Assembly (NCBI GenBank): GCA_965217585.1
Contig: OZ244561.1
Location: 2,720,001 to 2,784,000, forward strand
DNA length: 64,000 bases
Reading direction: 5' to 3'
DNA from: Candidatus Latescibacterota bacterium
GTDB taxonomy: Bacteria; Latescibacterota; UBA2968; UBA8231
Made by a program: the position numbers and the translations under genes. Positions 47,199 through 60,081 of the stretch are shown piece by piece; position 1 is the first letter of the stretch; each line of letters begins with the position of its first letter. The notes below the pieces were generated by a model that did not search any database, had not been told where the DNA came from, and saw nothing but the letters and a program-made list of their open reading frames with translations.

Positions 47199-48392
47199 CT
47201 AAGTTCTCCAGAAAGTGGATTCTTCGGTGGCCTGATAAGCGATGTTTAGATGGGGCGTCTCGACTTGGGTCTGATCTTGCTGAAGGCTATCGACGCCGGC
47301 GATGACCAAGCCCGAAGTGAGCAGGGTGCGTTCAACCGGATAGGTGGCTTTGCCGGTCAGGAACATCTGCTCGATGTTGTTGACCAGCGGGCTGAAGAAG
47401 TTGGCCAGCGTGGTGCGAGCCGGAGGCATGGGCAAGTACATCTGAGTCGAGAACGGCTCGTCCCGTCCTTTGAGCCGCGCGGCGAAGTTGAAGTCTTGAA
47501 CTAGTCCGTTCATCAGAATCATGGTCGAGCGGAGGCCGTCGGCGTGCTCGTACTGGTAGGCGATGGGGCTCTCGACTAGGTGCTTGAGTTCGTCAATGGT
47601 GGGGAAAGGATTGTTGAACCCAGGTCTTGCCGGAGTGAGCGTGTGGCTGCGGCAGAGGCAGGCTTCAAAAAGCGCGGGCGACCACACGCCCTCGGCGTGC
47701 GCTTGCCAGAAGGCGTCGTCGCGGTAGGCCCGGAGCCATTTGACGCCCGTCTCGCCCCCCTTTCTGCGCTCGACCATGCACTGCAAGGTCTCCAGCCCGT
47801 GGAAGTCGTAGCTATCGACGCCGCCACAGCAGACGCAGACAGCTTCTTCGACCTCGGCACCGAGAGGCATGTCGAGCGAGGGGGTGCGCCAAGTAACGGG
47901 CAACGAAGAACCGGCCATAAAGGCGAAATCGAGTTCGCACGAAATATCGTACATCTCTTGGCACCAGTCCCAGTTCCAGGAAAGGTGCTTGTCGTTGAAT
48001 ACGGGTGCGCTCTTGCCGGCAGTGCGATAGACCGAGGCGATCTGTTTGAAAAGCTCGTAGCGCGGGTAGAGGTGCTGGCCCTTTTCGTTGTGGCCGTAGC
48101 TGCCGTGCTCGGCGATGAGTAGGACGCCATCGACGGCCAAATCGGCCCCGCCCAGCGTCAGGGCGTCGGCAACGGTGGGGTAGATCGCCATGTGGGGAAA
48201 GCGGGTCGCTCGATCTTGGCTCAGATCGCCTTCGGGACGCTGATCCACGTACAGCGAGACCAGATCCATGGGCGGGTGGTGGTGCCGGCTGTTCCAGCCG
48301 TAGCCTTCGAGGAAGCGGTCGCAGATGTGCTGGGCGTGGGAGTACTTGCGGTACTCGGTGACGATGCCGGCGATTCTGGGGCGGTCGGCCAT
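47199..48392 (-). CDS. Conserved hypothetical oxidoreductase-like protein (tandem paralog)
   Basis: Same motifs as 45941-47122. Confidence 0.8.
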   Translation of the reverse strand: MADRPRIAGIVTEYRKYSHAQHICDRFLEGYGWNSRHHHPPMDLVSLYVDQRPEGDLSQDRATRFPHMAIYPTVADALTLGGADLAVDGVLLIAEHGSYGHNEKGQHLYPRYELFKQIASVYRTAGKSAPVFNDKHLSWNWDWCQEMYDISCELDFAFMAGSSLPVTWRTPSLDMPLGAEVEEAVCVCCGGVDSYDFHGLETLQCMVERRKGGETGVKWLRAYRDDAFWQAHAEGVWSPALFEACLCRSHTLTPARPGFNNPFPTIDELKHLVESPIAYQYEHADGLRSTMILMNGLVQDFNFAARLKGRDEPFSTQMYLPMPPARTTLANFFSPLVNNIEQMFLTGKATYPVERTLLTSGLVIAGVDSLQQDQTQVETPHLNIAYQATEESTFWRT

Positions 48393-48519
48393 GATGTTAG
48401 TCCCTCGATAGGGGGCGGTATTAGCGGTTTCGGAGAGGGAAGGTAGGAGAAGGGAGTTGGGGGAGCAAGCGGGGTGGTGCTGTGGGGTGGACGGTAGGGT
48501 CGAGAGGGTCCTCTACGCT

Positions 48520-48677
48520 CATTCTCGCCCGACCATCCTGGCCGGGCTCCGAGGGCTACTCCCCGATTTTGCAATCCTGCAAAATCGGGTTCGGCTATGT
48601 AGGCGTAGGGCTGGTGAATAATAGCTCTTCGCTCCTTCGTAATCGTCAATGCGCAATACGGGATAGGCACGTTCCAA
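48520..48677 (-). pseudogene. Probable glyoxalase/VOC gene remnant
   Basis: AAAGGAG RBS, TTG start, 'ERAYPVLRIDDYEGAKSYY', then the frame loses similarity. Confidence 0.4.
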
Positions 48678-48774
48678 GAGGGGGTCTCCTTTATTGGACG
48701 AAAAGGGTAATTACGTAGATATGCAATCGGTATTACAGACAATAAACCAGGCTTATAAAACCCTTGTAAGCGGT

Positions 48775-49848
48775 TTATAGAAAGACGGCGTGTGGCTCGC
48801 GGGCGGGCAGGTCTTGCAGCACCGACTCGTGGATTTCCCAGCTCAATTTCCACACATCGCAGTCCTGGTTGGCGAGGATAACCAGCGTCGCGTCCCGGCG
48901 CGGGTAGTAGCTGAGGATGCAGGCGACGCCGGCGTTCTCGCCGTCCTTTTTTAGGAAGACGATCTCGTCGCCGTCCATCAGGTAGTGGAAGCAAAAGCCC
49001 ATTTTCTCGATATAGCGCTCGCGTTGGCGGTAGACGACCTGCGGGGTGAACAGCATACGCGTGAGGTCGGCGGAAAGCGCCTTGCCAGCGAGCAGGCCGC
49101 GGATAAAGCGATCCAGGTCTTCGGCGGTAGCGCAGGCGCCGCCGTCGGGCGAGCCGATCGGCGGATAGGAATAGATGTTTTTGCGCCAGTGACCGTCGAT
49201 GAGAGAATAGCCTTCGGCCAGTCTTTCATGCACGCCGTCCATGCTGGCGAAGAGCGCGTCGCGCATGGCCAGTTTATCGAAGATGTGCTCTTGCACGTAG
49301 TCGCGATAAGAAAGGCCGGTCGCCTTTTCGATCATCAGGCCGAGCAACACAAAGCCGACATTGTTGTAACGGCAGCCCTCGCCGGGCGGGAAGTTGGGTT
49401 TTTTGTGCGCGAATTGGGGCAGGAAGTTGCGGGTCTGGCGCACGGCGTAATTCGGCGTGTTTTCCCAGAGCGCCTCGTAGCTCTCGCCGGCTTCCTCGTC
49501 GGCGTCGTCGGCTATGCCGGAGGTGTGGGTGAGCAGGTGGTAGGCGGTGACTTCGGCGGGGATCGCCGTCTCGCTGAGCTCGAGGAATTCGACGGCGCGG
49601 GTGTCGAGCGCGAAATCGCCGCGCTCGACGCATTGCAGGACGGCGACGGCGGTGAAGAGCTTGGTGATCGAGGCGGTGTCGAAGCGGATGTCTAGCGCGT
49701 TGGCGATGGAGTGGCCGCGATGCGCGTAGCCGTAGGCACCGGAAAAGAGGGTCTCGCTGCCGCTTTGCAACAAGCCGACGCCGGAAAAGTCGTGCTCGCG
49801 CTGGTAGGCGGCGAATAGTGTTTCGATGGCCTGTTGCAGGTTGGCCAT
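48775..49848 (-). CDS. Serine hydrolase, beta-lactamase (class C-like) family
   Basis: ASITK (SxxK), LLTHTSG, YNN, G...EKATG. Confidence 0.9.
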   Translation of the reverse strand: MANLQQAIETLFAAYQREHDFSGVGLLQSGSETLFSGAYGYAHRGHSIANALDIRFDTASITKLFTAVAVLQCVERGDFALDTRAVEFLELSETAIPAEVTAYHLLTHTSGIADDADEEAGESYEALWENTPNYAVRQTRNFLPQFAHKKPNFPPGEGCRYNNVGFVLLGLMIEKATGLSYRDYVQEHIFDKLAMRDALFASMDGVHERLAEGYSLIDGHWRKNIYSYPPIGSPDGGACATAEDLDRFIRGLLAGKALSADLTRMLFTPQVVYRQRERYIEKMGFCFHYLMDGDEIVFLKKDGENAGVACILSYYPRRDATLVILANQDCDVWKLSWEIHESVLQDLPAREPHAVFL

Positions 49849-49923
49849 GCGTCAGCCCTCCTTGTATCGTTTTTTATCGCGCTTTCCAGTATTCAGAGCG
49901 TCAGCTAAAACGCAATATTGGCC

Positions 49924-50814
49924 TTATCCCGTCGCCACCTGCTCGAACCGTCGGCGAATCTCGGCCCGCGTCTCCGCGTCCAACGCACCCCGTTCGGCGC
50001 AGGCCACATTGGCTTCGAGATGATCGATGTTGGTCGTCCCGACAATGGCTGTATGCACTCTGGAATCGCTCAAAAGCCAGCGCAAGACCGTTTCGACGCG
50101 GGAGAGGCCGCCTAGGCCCTCGCCGGCAAGAACGGTCTGGGCGCGATCCCACAATACGGCCTCGTCGCCTGCGGGGCGCGGTTTTTCGTAGAGGGCGTTG
50201 GCGATGGGGTTTTTGACGATGATGCCCATGTCCTGCCCGCGGGCGGCCTCGACGAGGCCGCCTGGCTGCTGCTCGAGGATATTGTAGGTGAGTTGCAGCG
50301 TATCGTAGAGGCCGATCTCGATAGCTTTCTGTGCGGCGTCGCCATCGGCCGATAGACTGATAAAGCGGACTTTGCCCTGTTTTTGCGCCTTCAGCAAGCC
50401 CTCCAGCCCGTCGCCGAAGGCCACGTCGTCGTAGCTGGGGCTATGCAACTGGATAATGTCGATGTGGTCGGTCTGCAGCCGCTGTAGACTGCGGTCGATT
50501 TGCGGCTCAATCGCCGCGGCCGAGTAGTCGAGCGTCTGTACCCATTCTCCGTCGGGCTGCTGCACGCGCCACGAACCGCATTTGGTGGCGAAGAAAAACT
50601 CGTCGCGGCGATGGCCGATGTATTTGGCGACGAGCTCTTCGCTCCAGCGATAGGCGGCCGAAGAGTCGACGAAGTTGATCCCCAGGTCGAGCGCGCGGTT
50701 GAGCAACCGTCCGACGACGGCGCCCTCAGCCGGGTCCGTCCAGCCGATCTCCCAGGCTCCGAAACCAAGTTCCGAAACCTCCAACCCCGTGCGGCCCAAG
50801 TTCCGATAGCGCAT
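49924..50814 (-). CDS. Aldo/keto reductase
   Basis: MRYRNLGRTGLEVSELGFG, D.S..Y, ATKCG, SLQRLQTDHIDIIQLH. Confidence 0.9.
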   Translation of the reverse strand: MRYRNLGRTGLEVSELGFGAWEIGWTDPAEGAVVGRLLNRALDLGINFVDSSAAYRWSEELVAKYIGHRRDEFFFATKCGSWRVQQPDGEWVQTLDYSAAAIEPQIDRSLQRLQTDHIDIIQLHSPSYDDVAFGDGLEGLLKAQKQGKVRFISLSADGDAAQKAIEIGLYDTLQLTYNILEQQPGGLVEAARGQDMGIIVKNPIANALYEKPRPAGDEAVLWDRAQTVLAGEGLGGLSRVETVLRWLLSDSRVHTAIVGTTNIDHLEANVACAERGALDAETRAEIRRRFEQVATG

Positions 50815-50842
50815 AGCGTGTCTCTCTTGTTAAAGTATGAAT

Positions 50843-50954
50843 CCTTCCAAGAAGCGATCGACGATGTGCTGGGTGTGGGAGTACTTGTGGAAGATAGTGC
50901 TGATGGCGGCGTTGGAGAGGGAAGGTAGGAGAAGGAAGTTGGGGGAGCAAGCGG
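50843..50954 (-). pseudogene. Remnant of a third paralog of the 45941-48392 genes, with a duplicated promoter
   Basis: Translates AAISTIFHKYSHTQHIVDRFLEG; 50914-50954 matches 48432-48472. Confidence 0.75.
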
Positions 50955-51041
50955 CGGGATGAAGGGTTACCGCCGCAACTCAATGCCCACTCCGGTCGTA
51001 TCGTATATTGTCATGCATTCACCCAAAACCGAGAGGCAACC

Positions 51042-52289
51042 ATGCAGACGATCACTGTATCGCGCAACGACGAGATCTACGAGGCATTCGCCGATGTGGC
51101 CCAAGCGGCCGACGGCACCCTAGTATGCACTTACCGCGAGAGCATGGGACACAGTTCGCGCCCCTTTTCTCGCATAATCGTGCGCCGCAGCTTCGACCGC
51201 GGTTTGACTTGGGGCCCGCGCCAAGTGGTGGTGGCGCGCACCGAGGAGGAGACCGCCCGGGGGCTGGGACGGCTCAACTGCTCGCGCATCGCCGCCTGCC
51301 GCGACGGGACCTTGCTGCTCATCGTTGACTTGCTGCTCAAGGATACCTTTGAAGAATACCTAGAGCCGGGCATGTGCATGAACCTCTTGTTGCGCAGCCA
51401 CGACAACGGGGCCACTTGGGAGGGGCCGGAGGAGACCGACATGACCGAGGGCATCGTCCCCTCCATCAAGGAACTGTCCAACGGCGACCTGATTGTCGGA
51501 CTCACCGAACAGTGGCCCGGTCAACGGGGGACCGAGGATTTTGTCGAAGTGCAGACGTGCTATCTGTCCGCCGACCAGGGCCGGACTTGGGAAGGCCCTT
51601 GCAAGGTGCCCGACCCCGAAGGTTCGTCCTACACCGGGCTGCCCTGGCGGCTGAACGAGGGGGATTTCGCCGAAATGGACGATGGCACCCTAGTGCTCTA
51701 CATGCGCGAGGATGGCGAGGGCCTGAGCGGCTGGAAGAGCTTTTCCAGTGACGGCGGCCGGACGTGGTCAACGCCGATACGCACCCACATGATGCACTGC
51801 CTCGGTCGCCCCTCGGTGGGTCGCCTGCGCTCGGGGGAGGTGGCCATTACCTACCGAGTCGCCTGCGGCCTTTCTACTTCCCTGGGGCTCTACGTGGAGA
51901 CCGCGGCGGAGGCCCTGCGCGGCTCACCCGCCCGGGCGGGTGAGCCAGCCGACCCGGAGCAATACCAAGGCGAAACCGAGGCCCGCTTCGCCTTTCTGGA
52001 CAACGATCGCGCCCTGTCGGCCGACAGCGGCTATTCGGGCTGGGTGCAACTACCCGACGGGACGCTCTACGTGGTCAATTACATCACCGACGACGCGCCC
52101 CGCGCCCATATTCGCGGCTATGTAGTGGGCCGCGAGGTCTGGTATCTCTTTCCCGAGGGAGCGATCCGCGCCAATACCCCCTTGTCGAACAATCCCCACT
52201 ACTACGACAAGGCCCAGCAAATGGCCCTTGAACAGCAACGCTGGGTTGACGAGCAAGATTGGTCGCGCCGCGTGCCGACGCAGAAATAG
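51042..52289 (+). CDS. BNR/Asp-box sialidase-like protein
   Basis: Asp boxes SFDRGLTW, SHDNGATW, SADQGRTW, SSDGGRTW; DSGY. Confidence 0.85.
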   Translation: MQTITVSRNDEIYEAFADVAQAADGTLVCTYRESMGHSSRPFSRIIVRRSFDRGLTWGPRQVVVARTEEETARGLGRLNCSRIAACRDGTLLLIVDLLLKDTFEEYLEPGMCMNLLLRSHDNGATWEGPEETDMTEGIVPSIKELSNGDLIVGLTEQWPGQRGTEDFVEVQTCYLSADQGRTWEGPCKVPDPEGSSYTGLPWRLNEGDFAEMDDGTLVLYMREDGEGLSGWKSFSSDGGRTWSTPIRTHMMHCLGRPSVGRLRSGEVAITYRVACGLSTSLGLYVETAAEALRGSPARAGEPADPEQYQGETEARFAFLDNDRALSADSGYSGWVQLPDGTLYVVNYITDDAPRAHIRGYVVGREVWYLFPEGAIRANTPLSNNPHYYDKAQQMALEQQRWVDEQDWSRRVPTQK

Positions 52290-52292
52290 ACC

Positions 52293-53264
52293 TTATTCGG
52301 CCTGTTCGAGTGCGGTCAGATCAAACGGATTGGACCATGCCTTTTGGCCGCGGTCGTCGACGATCTCGAAGCGCACCCAGCGGGCGTTGGCCCTGAGCGC
52401 GAAGGTCGCGGTCTCAAAGAGGGCACCGTGCTGATGGTATTCGGTGCCGAAAGAATCGGACACCGCGGCGATGCGCTGCGCCGGCGAGCAGGACACCGTA
52501 GCTTCGACTTGTATGCGGTCGTCGCCTTCGCGGTCGGTGCGGCGGAGTTGGATGTCGTGGATTGCGGGGCCGGTGCTGCCGTACGATGTGCCTGCGACTA
52601 GGGCGGCAACGACTGCGTCGGCGGTGCGTTCTTTGACGCGGACCCAGGTCCAGCCTTGGTAGGTGTCGCGCTGGTCGGCTTCGAGGGCATGTGAATCGTC
52701 GTTGGCCAGCGCGGGGTAGAGGCGATTCTCTAGATCCATCCAGTCGTCCCAATGCACGCTCGACTCGCCGCGTCCGGCGCAGCGGCAGGTGGTGTTGAAG
52801 ACCTCAATGCCGGCGAACCCAGTCAGCGGCACCGCGTCGCGCAGGATATTGACCGAACTCCAATGGGGATGGGCCAGCCAGACCGCACCGCCTTGGCGGC
52901 GGACCTCGTCGATGACGTGCTGGGGGGGCATCTTCTCCGCTTTCATGTCCTCGTGGAAATTGAGGCAGACGAAGTGGTGCCGCTGGCCGCCGAAGGGGTT
53001 GTCCGGGTGCAGTTCGGCCCCCTGGATGAGCACGAAGTCGCTTGGGGCCTGCACCGTATCGGTAAAGGTGATTTTGTGGTGATCGGACAGGCAGAGGAAA
53101 TCATAGCCCTGGCCGACATAGCCGTCGAGTCGCTCTTGGGGCGCGGCTTTGCCGTCGGAATTGGTCGTGTGCGAGTGGAGATTGCCCTTGAGCCAGGTGT
53201 AGCCGTCGTCCGTGCTGAGGGCAAACGGGTTGGTCAGTGCGCCCTTAGGTGTGATGTCCGACAT
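52293..53264 (-). CDS. PHP-domain metallohydrolase (CehA/McbA-like)
   Basis: KGNLHSHTTNSDG, SDH, AHPHW, DDSH. Confidence 0.85.
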   Translation of the reverse strand: MSDITPKGALTNPFALSTDDGYTWLKGNLHSHTTNSDGKAAPQERLDGYVGQGYDFLCLSDHHKITFTDTVQAPSDFVLIQGAELHPDNPFGGQRHHFVCLNFHEDMKAEKMPPQHVIDEVRRQGGAVWLAHPHWSSVNILRDAVPLTGFAGIEVFNTTCRCAGRGESSVHWDDWMDLENRLYPALANDDSHALEADQRDTYQGWTWVRVKERTADAVVAALVAGTSYGSTGPAIHDIQLRRTDREGDDRIQVEATVSCSPAQRIAAVSDSFGTEYHQHGALFETATFALRANARWVRFEIVDDRGQKAWSNPFDLTALEQAE

Positions 53265-53394
53265 TTTGGTCCTTTCTCTAGGTGGGGAGTTTAGCGTGTG
53301 TCAGCGTTGAACGGCATAGTATAGAGCGACCCTCTTAGGAGGGCAACGGGGCTTTATGAGTCCTGCGGCCCAGCGTCCAACAAAAGCCACTCCT

Positions 53395-54291
53395 CTATGT
53401 TTTAGACCGCCGCCCCAATCCCACCTGCGAGATCAGCATTCCCGCAAACATCAGCCCACACCCGACCAGCCCGCGCAAGGGCATCTCCTCGTCCAGCAAC
53501 AGCCACCCCCCCAACGCAGCGAAAACCGTCTCCAGGCTGAGGATGATGGCTGCGTGGCCGGGGGCCGCTCGCCGCTGAGCCACCACCTGCAAGGTATAGG
53601 CCACGCCCACTGATAGCACACCTCCGTAAAACACGGGTACGGCCGCATCGACAAGGGGTTGCAGGGCGATGTGCTCGGTGCCGAGGGCGAAGGCCGTGCT
53701 GAGAAGCGAGCAGACGAGGAATTGCAAAAAAGCCAGCATCGCCCAATCGAGCTGACGCGAGAGGCTGCCGATGACCAGCACGTGCCCGGCCCAAAAGAAC
53801 GCGCTCACGAGCACGAGCGCGTCGCCGCGAGCAATGGCCAGTGGCGGCTCCACGCTCAGCAGATATAGGCCGGCGGTTGCCACTAGAGTGCCGGTCCAAG
53901 TGCTGCGGCGACTGCGATGCCGTAGCAAGAGACCGAGGATCGGCACCAGAATTACGTATAGCCCGGTGATGAACCCGGCTTTGCCGGCCGTAGTATAGAC
54001 GATGCCGACCTGTTGCAAGGAAGCGGCGGTAAAGAGGAAAAGCCCAGCGAGCAGGCCGCCTGGGAGAGCGTAGCGGAGGCGGGATGCAAGTGGCGCGGCG
54101 GTCGTTCGCAGGACAAACGGCAAAAGCGGCAAGCAGCCGAGGGCGAAGCGCACGCCATTGAAAAAGAAGGGGCCGACGTGCTCCATGCCGGCGCGTTGGG
54201 CGACGAAGGCGAAGCCCCAGATCAGGGCTGTGAGCAGGAGCAGGAGGTCGCTGCGAACTTGGGCGGAGTGTGTCGCCGCGCCAGCGTTCAT
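53395..54291 (-). CDS. DMT/EamA family transporter
   Basis: About 10 TMs, IWGFAFVAQ, TAGKAGFIT, SLE.VFA. Confidence 0.9.
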   Translation of the reverse strand: MNAGAATHSAQVRSDLLLLLTALIWGFAFVAQRAGMEHVGPFFFNGVRFALGCLPLLPFVLRTTAAPLASRLRYALPGGLLAGLFLFTAASLQQVGIVYTTAGKAGFITGLYVILVPILGLLLRHRSRRSTWTGTLVATAGLYLLSVEPPLAIARGDALVLVSAFFWAGHVLVIGSLSRQLDWAMLAFLQFLVCSLLSTAFALGTEHIALQPLVDAAVPVFYGGVLSVGVAYTLQVVAQRRAAPGHAAIILSLETVFAALGGWLLLDEEMPLRGLVGCGLMFAGMLISQVGLGRRSKT

Positions 54292-54292
54292 C

Positions 54293-55108
54293 TCAGCGCC
54301 TGAAGGGCAGTGGCTGGCCCGCGTATTTTTGCGCTAGCGCACAGACCAAGAGGTTGGTGCCGAACTGTAAGCTGCGGTTGCGGCCATCGGCGTCGAGGTT
54401 GCCCCAGAACCAGCTAATGTTGAGGTCGCTGAAGATAACGGCGATCCGACCCTTGAGCTCTATAGCTTCCAAGGAGAAGACGTTGCCCCGGTTCGTGCCG
54501 CTTAGGGGTGGCCCATCGGAAAAATCGAAATAGGCCGAGTACAGAGGGTCGCTCTTGGGCAGTTTGCGCCAGCGTCCTCCGGCGCTGCCGAGGACTTGCG
54601 GGTCTTTGAGCAGGGCCTTGAACTGCCGGTCGAAGGGCGTGCCGGCTACGCCAGCGGGCCCGCGGAAATTCGTCTCTAGGGGCAAGATATCCTCGGCAAA
54701 GAGCAGGCCACCGCTGCGCAGGTAGTGGGCGAGGCCTTGCTTTTCGCGCTCGTCTAGGTGCACGACGCAGTCGAAGCCGGTCATGTAGAGCATCAGCGCG
54801 TCCGCGATGCGCGGGTCGTCGAGGGTGAGGACGCGCGAGTGCAGCGGCACTTCGAGTTGGGTCGATGTGCGGGTGAACCTCACTAGCTCCTGCACGGCCT
54901 GCGAGAGATAGTCGCGCTCCTTGACCGCGTATTTGTAGTTCACTTGGACGATGGTCAAGGGGCCGCCCGGTGCCGGAGTCGCAAGCCGGCGTTCGGGTTG
55001 GGGGATCGATACAGGGGGACGCTCGTCTTGAGCTAGGGCCAGGGTGCCGAGCAGTAGTGTAAGAAGGAGATTTGTGCTCGGCCGGCGGATGTGGTGGACG
55101 GTGGCCAT
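54293..55108 (-). CDS. DUF4159-like secreted protein
   Basis: LYMTG, L..YL..GG.LFAED, GR.AVIFS, FGTN. Confidence 0.75.
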   Translation of the reverse strand: MATVHHIRRPSTNLLLTLLLGTLALAQDERPPVSIPQPERRLATPAPGGPLTIVQVNYKYAVKERDYLSQAVQELVRFTRTSTQLEVPLHSRVLTLDDPRIADALMLYMTGFDCVVHLDEREKQGLAHYLRSGGLLFAEDILPLETNFRGPAGVAGTPFDRQFKALLKDPQVLGSAGGRWRKLPKSDPLYSAYFDFSDGPPLSGTNRGNVFSLEAIELKGRIAVIFSDLNISWFWGNLDADGRNRSLQFGTNLLVCALAQKYAGQPLPFRR

Positions 55109-55141
55109 GTTTATATCCCAAGGTTGCGCCGTGGCGACAGG

Positions 55142-56122
55142 TCACGCGCTGAGCTTGTTGACCACTTGGATGAGGGCCTGCATAAAGCCCACGCAATGGG
55201 CGCGCCCCCTGTGGCCCCAAGGCGAGTCATCGACAATATGGGGCACGTGATCGGTGATCATAAAGCCGTCAAAATCGACCGCCTTGAGCGTCTTGACGAC
55301 CTCGAATGTATCGACTTGGCCGCAGTCGATAAAGGTCTCGTGGAAGTCCTCTACCGGCCCGATGACATCGCGAAAGTGAATGTAGATGATTTTCTTTTGG
55401 CCGCCGAAGTGGCGGACGGCGCGGATGACGTTGTCGTGGCCGCCCATCTCCGACCAGCACCCCATGCAGAAATCGAGGCCGTGATGCGGGCTGTCGAAGG
55501 TGTCCATGTTGCGCTTGAAGTCGTCGAAAGAACTGCATATCCGCGCTATGCCGCCGAGGGTCGTGCCGGTGGGCGGATCGTCTGGGTGCAGGGCTAGACG
55601 CACATCAGCTTCCTCGGCTACGGGCAGGATTCGCTCCAAATACCAGCAGTAGTTTTCCCACATCTCGTCGTGGGTGAAGACGCGGCCGTGGGTCAGTTCC
55701 TCGGGGTCGTGCTCGGCGAGGGCAAAGCGAGTGGCGCGAGCGCCGCCGCGCAAGGTCGCCGGCTCGGGCGTGCGCCAGACGCTATTGGGGACCCAGTGGT
55801 AGCCTAGGATCGGGATGCCGGCCTTGCCCATATTGTGCACGGTGTTGAGCATGTGCTGAAGTTGTTCTTCGCGGCCGCTTTGGCCGAGCATGATCTTGTC
55901 GTAAAACGATGTGGGCACGTTTTCCAGCGCCATCAGCCGCAGCTCGGCGGCGTCGGCCCGCTTTTTGAGGGCGGCCAAGTCATCGTATTCCCACTGCTTG
56001 TCTCCAGGAAGCCTAGGGGTATTCATCAGGAAATCGTCGCAGCCCATCTGCTTGATAAAGGCGAGCTTCTCGTCGGTGAGTTCGTTGAACTGGCCCAGAC
56101 CCACGCGCATTTGCAGGGACAT
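55142..56122 (-). CDS. uxuA: Mannonate dehydratase family protein
   Basis: LALHPDDPP, C.G, IHFRD, F.E.F.D.G.VD, DHVP. Confidence 0.8.
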   Translation of the reverse strand: MSLQMRVGLGQFNELTDEKLAFIKQMGCDDFLMNTPRLPGDKQWEYDDLAALKKRADAAELRLMALENVPTSFYDKIMLGQSGREEQLQHMLNTVHNMGKAGIPILGYHWVPNSVWRTPEPATLRGGARATRFALAEHDPEELTHGRVFTHDEMWENYCWYLERILPVAEEADVRLALHPDDPPTGTTLGGIARICSSFDDFKRNMDTFDSPHHGLDFCMGCWSEMGGHDNVIRAVRHFGGQKKIIYIHFRDVIGPVEDFHETFIDCGQVDTFEVVKTLKAVDFDGFMITDHVPHIVDDSPWGHRGRAHCVGFMQALIQVVNKLSA

Positions 56123-56183
56123 AAGTAGCCTCCAGAGGTGAGGGGTTGCAGAGCGGGAAATTTGCCGAAGCCGCCGGAGCAGG

Positions 56184-57098
56184 TCAAGCGCGGCCGCCGA
56201 CTCCGGCCCCGGTGCGGACGTGTACCTCTAGGCCGGTTGCGGAGTCGGTGACTAGATCGCTGTCGAAGGCTATCGCCCCCGGCTCGAAAAGCAACGCGAC
56301 TGTCGAGCCGCCGAACTGGAAAAAGCCCTTTTCTTGGCCGCGCTCACAAGGCCCTGGCGAGTACGTCTGGACGATGCTGGCGACGTTGATGGCACCGACC
56401 TCGATGTAGGCAATCCTGCCGAAGGCGGGCGTCGCTAGCTCGCAGACGGAGCGCCGGTTGCGGTGGAATACGTCGGGCACGCGGGCGAGGGCGATTGGGT
56501 TGACGGAGTGGTAGGTGCCGTTGATCCACTGCGTCTGACCGACTTGGCCGTCGGCTGGGAAGTGGAAGCGGTGGTAGTCGTAGGGAGCGAGGCGCACGAC
56601 GAGGGCGGCCCCGCCGTGATATGGAGTGGGGTCGATTGCTTCGGCTAGGAGTTCGCGGGCCGCAAGTTGGCTGCTTTTGACCGGCAACACATCCTCCGCT
56701 GCGATCTGCGGATAGACGAGAACCTTGCCATCGGCGGGGCAACAGAGGCGCTTGGGGTCGGGGTCGCAGGGCCTAGCTCCGGGCTTGAGGCGGCGAGTAA
56801 AGAAGTCGTTGAAGCTGGAGTACTGGCTGAGGGGATATTCGATTTCGTCGAGGTCGATGCGGTAATGCTCGACAAAAGGGCGAATTTGACGCCGAGTCCA
56901 GGTGCTTTGCTGCCACCAGCCATAGAGGCGAGAGCAAAGAGGCCGGTTGAGGACCGCGCGAAAAGCGAGCCGCCCCGCACTCGTGTGGTAGAGCCAGCGG
57001 AGGAGGGACTGCCCCGGGACGTGTTCGACGACGATATCCCCGGTTTGGCGGTCGCGGTAGCGGGTTGGTGTGGGGGTAGTGGCTCGACGAGAAAGCAT
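56184..57098 (-). CDS. psd: Phosphatidylserine decarboxylase
   Basis: SFNDFFTRRLK, PADG, RLAPYDYHRFH, FGGST self-cleavage motif. Confidence 0.9.
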   Translation of the reverse strand: MLSRRATTPTPTRYRDRQTGDIVVEHVPGQSLLRWLYHTSAGRLAFRAVLNRPLCSRLYGWWQQSTWTRRQIRPFVEHYRIDLDEIEYPLSQYSSFNDFFTRRLKPGARPCDPDPKRLCCPADGKVLVYPQIAAEDVLPVKSSQLAARELLAEAIDPTPYHGGAALVVRLAPYDYHRFHFPADGQVGQTQWINGTYHSVNPIALARVPDVFHRNRRSVCELATPAFGRIAYIEVGAINVASIVQTYSPGPCERGQEKGFFQFGGSTVALLFEPGAIAFDSDLVTDSATGLEVHVRTGAGVGGRA

Positions 57099-57112
57099 AT
57101 GAAAAGAAATAA

Positions 57113-59447
<2,335 letters not shown>

Positions 59448-59451
<4 letters not shown>

Positions 59452-59930
59452 CTGATGGCCTCTTCGATGGCGGCGACCAGTGCCGGATCGTTAGGTGTGG
59501 TCCGAGGATCAAAACGGGCCAGCGGTTGGCCGTCCTTGTCGATGAGGAATTTCTCAAAATTCCAAGAGATGTCGCCGGGAAAGGCCGCATCCTCGCCGGC
59601 GAGATAAGCATAGAGCGGGTGCCGGTTGGAGCCGTTGACCTCTATCTTGCCAAAGAGCGGGAAACTCACGTCGTAGCGGGTCTGACAGAAGTCGAGGATC
59701 TGCTCCTCGCTGTTAGGCTCTTGTCCCCCGAATTGGTTGCAGGGAAAGCCGAGGACCGCTAGGCCCTTGGCGGCGTATTGGCGATGCAGTACCTCTAGGT
59801 CGGCGTATTGCGGGGTCAGGCCGCACTCGCTGGCCACATTGACGACGAGGAGTGCTTTCCCGGCGTAGGCGGCTAGGTCGGCATCTTGGCCGCGAATGGT
59901 TTGGGCCGTGAAGTCGTGGACGCTGCTCAT
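59448..59930 (-). CDS. Glutathione peroxidase (Cys-type)
   Basis: NVASECG, FPCNQFG.QEP, WNFEKFL. Confidence 0.93.
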
Positions 59931-60081
59931 ATTTTTTCTCCTTGTAATTCGATGGTTCGGTTGAAGTTGGGTTAGACTCTAATATTGCCACTCGCCTAGC
60001 TGCGTTCAATACCCGGTGCATATCCGGTTTATCTTGCCTATCTTTTCATGCCCTTCTAACACAACAGCATAGGATCTGACT

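Noticed and set aside
48221-48994. 257-aa minus-strand ORF
   Set aside because: Spans two real genes out of frame plus intergenic DNA; low-complexity translation.
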